Below, one piece after another: positions 1-53,700 of a stretch of DNA of 64,000 nt. The notes beneath the pieces were generated by a model, which saw nothing but the letters and a program-made list of their open reading frames with translations, was not told where the DNA came from and ran no database searches. Every line of letters starts with the position of its first letter. Position 1 is the first letter of the stretch. The position numbers were made by a program, and so were the translations under genes. This stretch comes from Eledone cirrhosa (lineage: Eukaryota), in NCBI GenBank assembly GCA_964016885.1, contig OZ024746.1, positions 95,418,001 through 95,482,000 of the forward strand, read 5' to 3'.

Positions 1-971
1 ATTTACACCAACACCTGTACTTCACAGGTACTTTATTTTACTGACCATGAAAGGATGAAAAGCAAAGAAGACCACAGTGAGATTTGAACTCGGAATGTAA
101 AGGGTCAGAACAAATACCACAAGTTATTTTGTCCAATTCTCTAATGATTCTGCTAATTCAACACTATGATGATGATAATTGTTTCTATCTTAGGCACAAG
201 GCCTGCAATTACCCCAGCGCATTACTGGTACTTTATTTTATCGACCCCATAAGGATGAAAGGCAAAATTAACCTGTGGGTTTTGAATTCAGACCCTAAAG
301 GGCCGTAACTCTGTGCTGCAAAGCATGGTGTCCAAATGCTATCTAATTTAGGCACAAGGCCAGTAATTCTGAGGAGAGGAAAGTCAATTACATCCACCCA
401 GTACTTGATTGGTACTTCATTTTATTGACTCCTGAACAATGACAGGTAAAGAGGCTATTAGTTTGTTTTTTCTGTCTTAACACAAATCTTTCAAGAGTGA
501 AACTAAAATTTGTTTTAATTTTCTTTTTTAATCATAACAAAAATGAAAAAAAATGAAGCATACCTCAGAAATCCAATTTTTCTTCAGTAAATTTATCATG
601 TAGCTTTGAAGCACTTAAGTTCAAAAAGACCAACAGCTTTCATTAGATTTAGCTGCAGTCCCCCTTGTAAAGGAAAGAAAAGGAGCCTGATCATTAGATC
701 AGACTATGGTTAAAATGTTTTCATTGGTCTTTCCATTGCTGATGTTATCTTTCGATCACAATTGAACTCAGAATGCAGAGATTAGATACTGTAAAGCATT
801 CCATGACACTCATTAACAGTATTACTAATCTAATACCCCTAGACTGGTATTTTATCAACCCCAAAAGGGTGAATGGCAAAATTGACTTCAATGGCAAAGA
901 GCTGGAAAAAATAAAGACATTGAATCTACCATTCTAACAATTCCATCAATTCATTGCATGTAGCCTCATGA

Positions 972-1090
972 TTAACCCTCTTGGTGCTGTTGGTGACATA
1001 AGTCGCGGATAGAGTAATCTCCCCTTGATACATAGTACAGTGTCAAGGGAAGCAATTTATAAAAAAAACATTCAGCCTCCTAAAGGTTAA
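972..1090. mobile_element. Short TTAA-bounded repeat (third family); related ~54874-54988, 57347-57459
   Basis: Shared AGTAATCTCCCCTT.ATACATA.TACAGTGTCAAGGGAA core, ending in TAAAGGTTAA. Confidence 0.6.
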
Positions 1091-1669
1091 GATGTTGGAC
1101 GCACAATCATATGATTGTGATCTTAAGTCCTGGACTGAGTGGCATGCTGTGTTCTTAATCAAAATACTTTATTTCCCATTGCTCCTACTTCCAGTAGTTG
1201 CAACAAGCAGAACAGATAGTATTAGTAATGGGTAGATAAATGGAAACATTGATTCCATGACCCGATCTGATAATCAGCTCCTTTCCTCTAATAAATGCTT
1301 AATTAAATATTTAATATTCATTTTAAAACAAATTTTTTTAAACATAATTACAAGATTTACAAGAGAAATAAAATGAGAGAATGTGACATTCATGCCTTTC
1401 TCAAATGTATTAGCAACACAACTGATGCAGAATGTCTATAACTAAGATTGAAACAATGTCTGCGGACTCAAGTTAATGATGTGTTATAGCACTCACCAGC
1501 CTAGCATTTTTGCTAATGATACTAATTTAGGCACAAGGCCAGCAATTTGGGAAGGGACGGGAGGGGAAAGTTGATTACAAAGACCCCTGGACTTTCACTA
1601 GTACTATATTTCATTAGCCCTGGAAGGATGAAAATTAAAGTTGACCTCGGTAGGTTTCGAACTCAGATG

Positions 1670-1930
1670 TATACATATATGTATCTATAAACATACATAT
1701 ATAAACACACACACACACACACACATATATACATACATACATATATATATATACATACATACATATATATATATACATACATACATATATAATATACATA
1801 CATATACATACACATACATAATATACATACATATACATATATATACACATACATACAAATATATTCATATACATATATATATATATATATATATAGATAT
1901 ATATAGATATATATATATTATATAAACACA
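1670..1930. repeat. Compound (TA)/(CA)/(TACA) microsatellite; similar tracts ~16490-16930, 17495-17565 (GA), 57750-57945
   Basis: Direct inspection. Confidence 0.95.
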
Positions 1931-3409
1931 TGCATACTTATGTTAAGAGAAACCAAATTTGGTCTGATTCATTTACTGAGAAATGAAAGTTGAGGTGGGA
2001 AAGAAAAAGACGTTGAGAAGATATGAAAACCAGGAAATATTTTAACCAGACATAACTAACATGCCCAGAAGATAATCAATTTGATAATTAATTAATTAAT
2101 TAATATTTTTATACATAAGTTACTTACTGCAACCACTATAATATATTTGATTTTATTAACAATTAAATCTTTAACAAATTTAGATTAAAACTAATCCCAA
2201 ATATTTTCAAATATTGTTCATATTAGAGTATTTTCTAAGCAGATATTAACCCTTCAGCATTTAAACCAGCCATATCCGGCCAGAATTATCTCACCTCTTT
2301 CTGTTCAAACCAGTCGTAACTGGCTGCTCATACTGATGTTAAAGTATTATTCACAAAATAAATAATATCAAAATCTCATAGATTCTATATTATCTGAGAT
2401 AAATATGTTAGATAAAGTGTTTACCATGAAAATACAATAGTATATGTAGAGTAAATAGTAAAGGGTTAATCTGGCTATGATGGAAAAAAGAAGACATTTT
2501 CAGAATATTATAGTATATCATTACTATTATTGTAATTTCTAAGCATAATCACTATAACATGTTCTCATCATATGGCTAAGTATGATGAAAAAAAAAAAGA
2601 TGATATTTTCAGAACTTCAGTATTTTCTAAGCAGATTTTAATCTGGCTCTAATGAAAAAAAAAAGATGACACTGATGATGATGATGATTATGATATTGAA
2701 ATTATTACTATTTTAAAAAGTCTTTTTATTTTCCTATGTGTATATTTGAAATATTCCATCAGATGGGCGTTCTTCCTATTGCTTGCATGTGCCATTTTTA
2801 CCAAAACAGAAGAATATAAAATGTTTTCTTTTAAGAGAGAAAATGAGAAATATATCAAAATTGTTGTATTTTCCTAATTTTCAATAACAATAATTACATT
2901 AATTTCTAAAGATTTTGCTTTTAAGAAAAAAAATTTTCAAAAAAAACAAATTAACCAACAAACAAACACAACAAAAACCAACAAACAAACAATTCTTCAA
3001 GTTTCTCTGTTAAGAAAAGAAGTGTGTTTTAAACAAAAGTATACATTCCATTCTATATCTGTCAAATTATTATATAAACATTTTAAATAGGTTGATTAGT
3101 TTGGCCCATGTTAGAAAGAAATTTGAAATCCACAGATTTGAAAATGATTAATGGAATCGGAGTAAAGGTTAATTCTAAACACACAATGCCACAAGCAACA
3201 GAATTAGATGACTTTTTAAACATGTTAAGAAATGAGATAATGAATAAATTGGCAAAAGTGTCTTCTTAGTTTTGGCATCTTCACCAATAGCCCAAGTAAT
3301 GTATGATTCTCACAGCCCTAAATGGAAATCTATTTCATACAGACTTGGGACAGCTGTTGCTTGCAAAGTTGCAAGTAATTCCAGATGCAATAATTACCAA
3401 TTACTGTCT

Positions 3410-43411
<40,002 letters not shown>

Positions 43412-44619
43412 CTAGTAATAAAACAACAACAGATTAGGACAAGGTCCAACAAACAACACCTGCCACAATGTTTCATTTACTAGAAATGAAGAACAAGAAG
43501 AAGAAAAATTACAGCTTTTATATAAATTTGTATACATTAAAACCTTCAACCCTTTAGCATTTTAACCAGCCGTATACGACCAGAATTCTCTCTCCTCTTT
43601 CTGTTTAAACCAGCTGCAACTGGCCACTCATACTGAAGTTATAGTATTGTTCTTAAAATAAATAATATCAAAATCTCATAGATACGATATTATGTGAGAG
43701 AAGTATACCAGGTAAAGCTTTTACCATGAAAATATAATAATAAATATAGAGTAATGTAAATGCTAAAGGGTTAATTTGCTTTATATTAACCATTAATCTG
43801 ATCTTATATTTAAGTTATAAAATTTCCCATAATTTTGACTACTTCCAATTATTTCCTTGTAAGCATTTCTCCAGCAGAAAGTTATTTTAATTATATATGT
43901 CCAAGCCTTGCTAGCAGTGAAAATAGACATTAAATGATGCTGCTGATGATGATACATATCATCATGATCATCGTTTTACATTAGTTTTTCTATGCTGGAC
44001 AGATCTTCATGGTCTACTTCATCTTCCAAACACAACATAAAAAAAAAATGCTAACTTTGGTATTGTGTATAATTTACAGTGTGGAATGCACGTGTTTTAT
44101 CATGCCACTGACTTTGAGGTTGTCGCCATATGAATGGGATGGCCTAGTGGTTAGGATTTTGAACTCATGTTAATAAGGTCATGCATGGGTTTGCAGAGAT
44201 CACACAAAGGTGGTGTGAACCCCAGGACTTGGACAGAGATGACACAAAGGTGGTGAGATCCAGGACATAGATGACACAAAGGTGGTATAACCCCCAGGAC
44301 TTAGACAAAGACCAGATGGTATGTTGTGTTCTGAAACAAAATGCTTCATTTCACGATAGGATTGGGGTCCCTATCATTAAAACATCCAAGAAACCTACTA
44401 TGAGATGCAACATCATAAGAAACCAGGTAAACATACATAGGAGTGAGCTGTAAATTTCCCCCAGACATACTCTCCTTATAGACAGATAATCTGTGATGTG
44501 GCTTCTGAAATCCATGTGATTTTCATATATTCTGTCATGCAATCAAAAACAGAAAAGGAATGATAGTTATTTTTAAACTATAAAGGTCTAAAGCAGGTAT
44601 GGGCAACCTTTTTCGAGCA

Positions 44620-44810
44620 GTGGGCCACATAGGATGTGGCTCATCATAAGGCGGGCCACATAGGATGTGGCTCATCATAAGGCAGGCTACATAGGATGTG
44701 GCTCATCATAAGGTGGGCCACATAGGATGTGGCTCATCATAGGCGGGCCACCTAGGATGTGGCTCATCATAGGCGGGCCACATAGGATGTGGATCATAAA
44801 GCGGGCACAC
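44620..44810. repeat. 30-31-bp palindromic minisatellite, ~6 copies
   Basis: GGGCCACATAGGATGTGGCTCATCATAAGGC unit. Confidence 0.92.
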
Positions 44811-45819
44811 TACTAAAAAAATTCAAGGCAATTTTGAAATTAGGTGTGCTATTCAGAAAGCCAAATGGACTGCAGTCTGCCCAAGACTGGTCTACAGAAA
44901 GAAGAATATATTAAGATAAAGTGTATAGTACTAGTGTGGATGTATAATGGCCATATGGTTAAGAAGTTCACTTAGCAATCATAAGGTCTTGGGTTTGATC
45001 CCAGTGTGGCATCTTGGATGTCATTTAACATAGCCTCAGGTTAACTGAAGTCTTGTGAGTGAGATTGGGGAGACAGAAACAGTTTAGAGGTTTATCAGAT
45101 GGACTGTACCCATAATTATAATGGTAAGCCTTGTCACATAATGTGTCACACTGAATCTTCCTGAGAATTACATTAAAGGTACATATGTATGTGGAATGCT
45201 CTGCCACTTGCTAGTGGAGACAGTTGCTTCTGACAGGGTCCTGCTGAAGGGAGTGTTTGAGGACTCTGTCCCTACGACCCTCAGGAATAAGTGGGCAAAG
45301 AAGAAGAGATTTGGAATCATAAATATTCCTTGAGTTGGTTCAGCATTAATTTAGACAAAATACTAGTAATGGTTTCATAATGAAACCTTGGTCCTACCAC
45401 TTAATATGAGGAGGGGGGGGGGGGCATTGAAGCTGTGGTATTTGTGTCTTTATTATATGTTTATTTCACTAACTAGAAGTGGTGCGGTACTGGAAAACAT
45501 AACAAAGCCACTCAACACGTAGGACATACACAGAGAAGAGACAAAAGGTTTATAAGGTGGGGTACACCACCAAGACATTCACAGAGTACACATGAAAGTG
45601 GTGCAAGCCCCAAGACACAGGCAGAGATGACACAGGACTTAGACAGAGATGAGACAAAGCTGGTTGAAACCCTAGGATGTAAACAGAAATGATACAAAGG
45701 TGGGGTGAGCCCCAGGATTAGGACAGAGGCAAAACAATATATATATAAGTTGATGCTCCAGCATGGCATTAGCTATGACAGTTAGAACACACTAAGGAAC
45801 TAAAATAGGAAATTACCTA

Positions 45820-46450
45820 AATGATGCTGTAGAGAAGTTCAAGTATCTCAGAGCTGTGTTCATGAGTAAAAGAAGGCAGGAGGCTGAATTAAGTGCAAGA
45901 ATTGCAAAAGCTGATGCAGTAATGCACCAGCTTCAGCAGTCAGAAGAAGGGAGGTAGGTGTAAAAGCCAAACTCGCTATCTTCAATTCAGTATTCGTGCC
46001 AACCCTTACCTATGGTCATGAATCTTGAGTAATGACCGAAAGAATACGATTGTGAATACAAGCGGCCGAAATGGAATTCCTCTGAAGGGAATCTGGAGTA
46101 ACGTTATTTGATAGAGTTTGTAGCTCGGAGATCAGAGAGTCCCTCCAGGTAGAGCTGCTACTTCTCCAAATTAAGAGATCACAGCTCCGATACTACAAGC
46201 ATGTGGTTAGAATGTCTCAGGAAAGAATCGCTGGACAGATTTTACGGGTAAAACCAACAGGCAGGTGACCCAGGGGTAGACCGTGAACAAGATGGTTGGA
46301 TAACATCCATGAGCTTGGCTGGTCTCACTTGGGGATCCAGCTGGATCAGTTGGAGATGGTTGCTTCTGACAGGACCTGCTGGAAGGAGTGCTGGAGGACT
46401 CTGCCCCCATGACACTCAGGAATAAGTGGGCACAGAAGAAGAAAAAGAAG
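45820..46450 (+). mobile_element. Second RTE LINE family, 3' fragment with (GAA)n tail; related pieces ~9470-9660, 15775-16400, 45215-45310, 53755-53850, 62355-62915
   Basis: VEKFKYL...PTLTYGHES...IQAAEMEFL...RSQLRYY.HVVRM...RPRGRP motifs with stops. Confidence 0.85.
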
Positions 46451-49400
46451 AGAAGATATTGTAGTGGGCAGAAGAGACCAGATATAGTTAGTTTAATACT
46501 TACCCTTTTATTACCAGTCATTATTTTATTAATGCTAAATAGACAAAGTTAACTCTAGTGACAGAAGATTTTCAAAATATCAGGAGAAAGCTTTTTTTTT
46601 TTACTGTTTAGCCAGGGAATGAATGGCAGTGCCGAAGATCTCTGAGATGGGTAAAAGAGAGGGAGAAAAGTATTTTAAAACTGAAAACTTGGCCTGAATG
46701 CTGGCAACAGATAGGGCTCTACACAAGGGAACCAATGGCCAGATGATGGTGTTAAACTAGACCAGCGGTCGCCAACCGGTGGTCCAAGAGAAAATTTTGG
46801 TGGTCTGCAGAAAAATTTGCACATTATTTGCAATTTTTATATTTTATTAATAATAAAACAAAATTAATATTCGGTTAAAATATATTTTATAACACCCCTA
46901 AAAAATGTTTCTCCTCAGTAAAGAACTAACATCCATGAAAGAATTTTACACATATGTATCATCTGTCGACAATATGACACAGGTACGCTTCAGTATTGTT
47001 TCAACCATTGACCATTAATTCATATTAATGGTTTTAATTCATATTAGATTTAAATTATGAATTTAGTGATCCATGCGGTCCGAAAGATTGGCAGCCGCTG
47101 TACTGGACAACATATTAAGTCTACCACCCAAGTAAGATACAGTGAGATTTGAACTCAGAGTGCAAAGAGCTAGAACAAATACTGCAAGGCACCTTACTGA
47201 TACTCTAACAATTCCACCACTGCACCATTTTGGCATGGGACCTTATTTTATCAACATCGAAAGGATGAAAAGTAAAGTTGACCTCGGTGGGATTTGAACT
47301 CAGAACACAGAGAGCCAAAACAAATACCACTAGACACAGAAAATAAATCCCCTACACCCCCACTAATCTGGTTTATTTAATAACTAATCTATTCATTAAT
47401 AAGACTGCATTCAAAGTCCTTAATCTTTCCTAATCACAGCTGGAGTCCAGTTATTTAGACAGGTCAATTTTCTTATGAATTTTTTAACCCTAGGAGCTTC
47501 TTAATTATAATTTTTTTAAATTGTAATTCTTTGTTGGGGATGGCATAACATACTATGTAGGGGTAACTTGTAAGGGGAACATGTAGAATTAACATGCACG
47601 GTGGCAACATGTGGTGGTGGGGGTGGGGTGGGGTAGGGGGACATGTGGGAGTGGTGTGTGGGGAGGGAGGGGGAAATGTAATAATAGCATGTAGTGGTAA
47701 CATGTAAGAGTGACATATAGAGGTGACATGTAGGAGCAACTTGTGGTAGTGAATGGCATGTCATGTGGGAGCAACATATACAAATAACATGTGAGAGTAA
47801 TATATGGGATTAACATGTAGTAATGTGTGGATATGACACTCAGAGAATGAGGGCAGGGAATATGAGAATGTCATATCATCATCATCATCATTTTATGTTC
47901 ACTTTCAAAGCTGGCATGAGCTGGATGGGTTGTCACAGTCTGAAATTAGACAGGTCAAGGGAGACCTCATATTGTTCATACGTTCCGTATTTCATATGAT
48001 TTTAACAAATTCCTTGTTTTAATCACAAAATGTTGTTCAAGCTGTCATCTCCTACAGAGTGCTGGTGTAGAATCTCTACATGTAGAAGCTGTATATCAAC
48101 AAAACAAAGATACATCAACATTATATAATTTACTATATACAATATAAAATATATATTATAATATACTAAAGGGTTTAGTACATTATAATATATCATATTG
48201 TACTAACAGGTTTAGTTTGCCTTCAAACAAAAGCCATGGAGAGGGTGTAATTAAAAGAAAAAGTTAACCAAGTCTCCATAATGAAATTCCTATAATGATA
48301 GGTTCATCTTAGAGTATGATTACCATATATATATATCTCATGTAAAAATCGAATTTTTTTAGACTATTTTTAATGTTAAATTCATGGGGGCTTGACTTTT
48401 ACAAGGATACTGCTTTCAGGAGGGCTGAAATTCACACAACAGTCCGAAATAACAAATCTTCTGTGACACTAGAATCCTTGCAATTCCCTCCCTTTCCTGT
48501 TTGTTTTGTTTTTTTCTTTATATTTTCCTATTTTACATCCCATTCCTTTTTTCTTTTTCTATTAAACTGTATTTATATGATGTCATCATCATCATCATTT
48601 TACATCCGCTTTTCCCTGCTTGCAAGGATGGGATGGGAACTGATTCTGGCTTGATTTCTATAGCTGGATACCCTTCCTAACACCAACCTCATTTACAGTG
48701 AATGCTGGGTGCTTTTTTGCCGTGGCGCCTACACGTCCACTTTACAGTGTGGGCTAGGTGCTTTTTTGCCGTGGCACCTCCACAACTACTTTGCAGTGGA
48801 ATGATAGAGACCCCAGTCCCTATCATCTCATTTCTACAGCTGAGTAAACTGGAACTATGTGAAATAAAGTGACTTGCTCAAGGAAACAACACATCACCCT
48901 GTCTGAGAATTGAACTCACAACCTTTTGATTGCAAGGCCAATGCTCTAACCACTAAGCCATGTGCCTCCATGATGTATTCCATAAATAAAAGTTTGAAAT
49001 CCAAATAACATATCCATAAAGAGACTCCCAAATAGACTTTAGATGAAGAATATACCACAGTAATATTATTAATGTTTCTACACATTGAAACACTTCTTAC
49101 TTCTCAATCAGTCGATCGACAAGATCCCAAACCTCATTTGCTTAACGAGTGGGGTGGAGCTTGTCAAATCGGACTGAACAAACAATGGTCTTTCTAATTG
49201 CTAATACTATCTACCAGTCACAAATCCAGGCAGAAGAAGCAAGTGAAATAAAGTGTCTTGCTCAAAGACATAATGCATTGCCCCGTCTGGGAATTGAACT
49301 CACAACCTCACAATTGAAAATCTAATTCTCTAACCACTCAGCCATGTGTCTTCACTATTACCGAAATGCACAGATAAGACTGCATAAGGCTTAAAAATAT

Positions 49401-49914
49401 TCCCACTTGTGTACATCTGGACATAAGAATGGTTTCTACAGTTGGCACAATTTAAAGGGGAGAGGAAAGTGGATTAAATCAACCCCAGTGTATGACTGGT
49501 ACTTTATCAACCACGTAAGGATGAAAGACAAAGCTAAACTCAGCAAAGCTAACCTCACATACGGACATAATATTAGCATAGAAACAGTTTCCTCATCGTA
49601 AGAGGATAATACCTTGATTTAAAATATTGATCTGTTGTCTGTGAAGAACTAGGGTCGACCTCTGCACGAGATACATGGAAAAGTCAAAATATTTAGGTTA
49701 AAAAAATAGAGATTCAACTTTTTCATAGGATCAACTTTTACAGGAATATATATGGTAATTATATTGGAGAGGGGGAGGGAGGGCAAATACACAAATAAAA
49801 CAAAACAAAATAAAAAGTGATTAATGAGAAAAAGAAGAAAGGAAAGAAAGCAGGCAAGATTAGAAATAATATAAATAGAACATGTTGAGGACAGTAGACT
49901 GAAAAGTGATAGTA

Positions 49915-50365
49915 TGGACATGGTAATACCACAACCAGGTGGCTGTACAACAGCATGGCAGTGCTACAGCATGGCCACAACCAGATGGCTGTACAACAGT
50001 ATGGCAGTGCTACATGGCCACAACCAGAGATAGCTGTATAATAGCATGGCAGTGCTACAGCATGGTCACAACCATATGGGTATACAATAGCATAGTAGTG
50101 CTACACCATGGCCACAACGAGATGGTTGTATAACAACATGGTAGTGCTACAGCATGGCCACAACCAGAGGGCTGTATAATAGCATGGCAGTGCCACAACC
50201 AGATGGCTGTATAATAACATTGCAGTGCTACAGAATGGCCACAACCAGAGGGCAGTACAACAGCTTGGCCACAACCAGATGGCTGTACAACAGTATGGCA
50301 GTGCTACAGCATGGCCACAACCAAATGGCAGTACGACAACATAGCAATGCTACAGCATGGCCAAA
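49915..50365. repeat. ~46-bp degenerate minisatellite, ~10 copies
   Basis: GGCCACAACCAGATGGCTGTACAACAGCATGGCAGTGCTACAGCAT unit. Confidence 0.9.
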
Positions 50366-50454
50366 ATAGTTACAAACATTTCGGGTGACAAATGGCCTTC
50401 AGGAACAAATTTGTGAAGTGAGGTTTCACAGTGTGTGTGTGTACACACATACGT

Positions 50455-50492
<38 letters not shown>

Positions 50493-50669
50493 CAAGACCC
50501 TGATGTCTGAGCTCCTGCTGTTTCAGCAGCTAGATCTGAACTGAGTTTGGATGTAGCTATTAAAATGGTAAGAGCTCAGCCGCTGGAGTCCCAAATTTTT
50601 CATATTACCAACTCTACTACCCCAAATCTCAAGTACTCTAATGATCTAACTGATTTTTACCGCCTCCAT

Positions 50670-50706
<37 letters not shown>

Positions 50707-53700
50707 TCTTGGTTCCTTGAAATGAAGAATCTTAAAAGAGACAGGAAGTTACTTTGGACGTGCTTCCATTAACCAGCTATTTCTGTAGATTAATAAGTTA
50801 GAAGCATTCAACACAACAATTCAACATTCCTTCTTGTTTATTTCCCTTTAAATTTTATTTGTTAATAAAATATTTAAAAAATACTGTATATACTCAAATA
50901 TAATTTGTTGGAAATATTTTCAAGGAATGCATAAATAACACTAATGATGATGAAGTAAAATAATCATTCCAGATATTTTAGTATTTACGTAGAATTTGAA
51001 GTTGGTGAAAATCAGCAAAATATTGACTTTGAATATAAGCCGACCCCACATTTTACCATCAATTTTTTTGTCTTATATATTTCTTGGCTTATATACGAGT
51101 ATATATGATATATATATATATATATCTTTTGAGCAACATAATATGAAAAGTAATTAGAGAGTTAAGGTTTAGAGAGGAGTTGTAGATCAGTTTAGATAGA
51201 GAGATGTTATCAAAAGAGCATTGCAGATTATTGCAGTTTAAAAGAATCACAACCCCCAAAAAGAAATCAGATTTTCAAGGGAAAAGGAAAAAAATTAAAA
51301 GATAATGCTGAAGCATGTGAAGTATTTTTTAGTAATAAATTTGGTTCAATAAATAAAGAAAGCTTCAAATAATAATGATAATACTAATATGATAAATATG
51401 AAAACTGGAAAACTGAAAAGTGTAGATAGTAAACAGATGTGTGTAGCATTTAGAAGATAGAGGGGCTTTTTTTTTTTTAGTGGTAATAAACAAAAATGTG
51501 TGAACAGGCATTTTTTCTTATCAAGAATGCTACCCTATGAGCAGAGTTTCAGGTTTAAATGAAAATCAAAACTGAGATAACTAAATTCTCAATATTAGTG
51601 AGGAGCATGATGTGGAGTTTTCCTGAAAACCTCAGTAAATTGAGATCTTAATTAGGGTGATTTTTCCCCTTTTTTCTTTTAAGACGTATAAGCTCATTGC
51701 AAAGAAATAGCAATCATGACTAGTTAGTAGTATTAATTAGATTGGTTAACAGAACTAATTTGTGGCATCTCATATTTATCTTAAATAACAGTATTGATGT
51801 TAGTACAATGCTAAAAACCTTCCTAGTATGGCTTTACATAATCTGGCATAAAATATTTCTTTCCTCTATTTGATTCAAGATGTTTTCAGCCAATCAATAA
51901 AAGACAGTAACCAGAAGTAATAAATTCAATGATAGCAGAGTTCATTGGGAAACGGAAAGAAAAATGAGAATCAAAAGATTATATTGTAGAAAAGCAAAAA
52001 AGAAGTGCCTTATGAAGAAAAGAACAGTGAATCCTATTATTTAATTCCATTAGAATTAATGGTTGTAAGCAAAGGTCTAACTAGGGTATGGAAAGCATGG
52101 CACTTGCCATGGGCTCCACATGAAGGGAGTGCCACATGGACTAGGAGCACATTCTATTAAAGTCAAATAAGCCTCGTTGGAGAGTGAAAAAAGAAACTCC
52201 TTCAGATGTATGATCTGTCTCTATCATGGGTGAGAACACTATGGTGGCTGGATCATTAAACCATTTATATAAATTATTAGGCTCCATAGATAAAAATACT
52301 GTGCTGGGCAGGGGCACAATTTCACTGCTTGCCATAGGCGCTATTTTCCTTAGTTATGCCTCTGGATCTAAGGCAAGAATTGAAGCCAGTAACTGTGAGT
52401 TGATGGTGGTATTGTAACACTTGAAGAAAGTCTCTGATGATGATGACAACAAGAAAGATAGTGATGGTGGTGGTGAGAACAACACAACTACTATTGGAAT
52501 AACTTTCACTTGTATTTAACAGTTATTGATGTAGAATGGCCGAACGGTTGAGAAGTACGCTTTGCAATCATGATACTCCAGGTTTAGTCTCACTGCATGG
52601 CAGCTTGGTAATATATCTTTTACCTTTGCCTTGGGTCAACCCAAGCCATGTGAGTGGAATTAGGTAGCCAAAGACTGTTAGGAAACCAGTCAGAGGGACT
52701 ATACCTATAATTCAAAGAGCTAGTTTTGCTATACCTTGTGTCATACTGAATCTCCCAAAGATTATTATATTTGGAGAGTGTCATGTTGTCCTAATATTGC
52801 CAATAATAATTTTCTACTTTTGGCACAAGGCCAGCAATTATCCCAGTGTATTACTGGTACTTTATTTTATCGACCCCGTAAGGATAATAATTGTTTCTAC
52901 TTTTGGCACAAGGCCAGCAATTATCCCAGTGTATTACTGGTACTTTATTTTATCGACCCCGTAAGGATAATAATAGTTTCTACTTTTGGCACAAGGCCAG
53001 CAATTATCCCAGTGTATTACTGGTACTTTATTTTATCGACCCGTAAGGATGAAAGGCAAAGTTAACCACAGCAGGATTTGAACTCAGACCGTAAAGGGCC
53101 GTAACACTATGCTGTAAAGCATTGCGTCTGGCCCTCTACCGATACTGCCAATAATAATAAACATTGATTGCCCGCTAAATTATTTATGAATTATTTATAT
53201 AAAGATATACTGAACTGAAGTGAAAAACGAAACTGAGTGTGTTTTACTATTATTTTGGGCAATATTAGGATATGACTCTCCCCAAATATAACAATATCTG
53301 TTTCAACACATGATTTCATATCAAAAACTTAACAAAAAAAAAATTAATTGGTTAGTAAAACTAGTTTTCAGACGTATTATCAACTCAAGACATCAATATT
53401 ATTTCTTAGAAATGTGATAAAGGAACTGTTAGCATCATCATTATTTTACGCTTGTGTTACACACTGGCATTGGTTGGGCAGGTTGTCATGTTCTGAGACT
53501 AGGCAGGTCAAATGACCACAACTTGCCCATATGTTCCAGTTTGGCAAGGTTTCAATAGCTGGATACCCTTCTTAATGGCAATCCCATTCCAGTGTGTACT
53601 GGATGCATTTTATCATGGTACTAGCACTTCTACTTTACAGAGTGCACAGGGTGCATTCTAATGTGGCATTAACAGTTGTGAAATTGTTATATTTGCCATG

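Noticed and set aside
1635-1931. YI/HT-rich ORFs (also 16488-16934 and 57705-58032)
   Set aside because: Microsatellite translations
44620-44810. Palindromic ~31-bp repeats resembling a CRISPR array
   Set aside because: Units are head-to-tail with no unique spacers, there are no cas genes, and the context is a eukaryotic intron
51838-51865. 28-nt exon-like segment (xGKKYFMPDY)
   Set aside because: Weak donor context and no proximal pyrimidine tract; within chance expectation for AT-rich introns
52072-52417. ORFs 52141-52335 and 52226-52417 as possible WDR7 exons
   Set aside because: Bounded by MITE-like inverted ends (..TAACTA.GG...CCATGGCAAG motifs), with no WDR7 similarity or suitable splice sites
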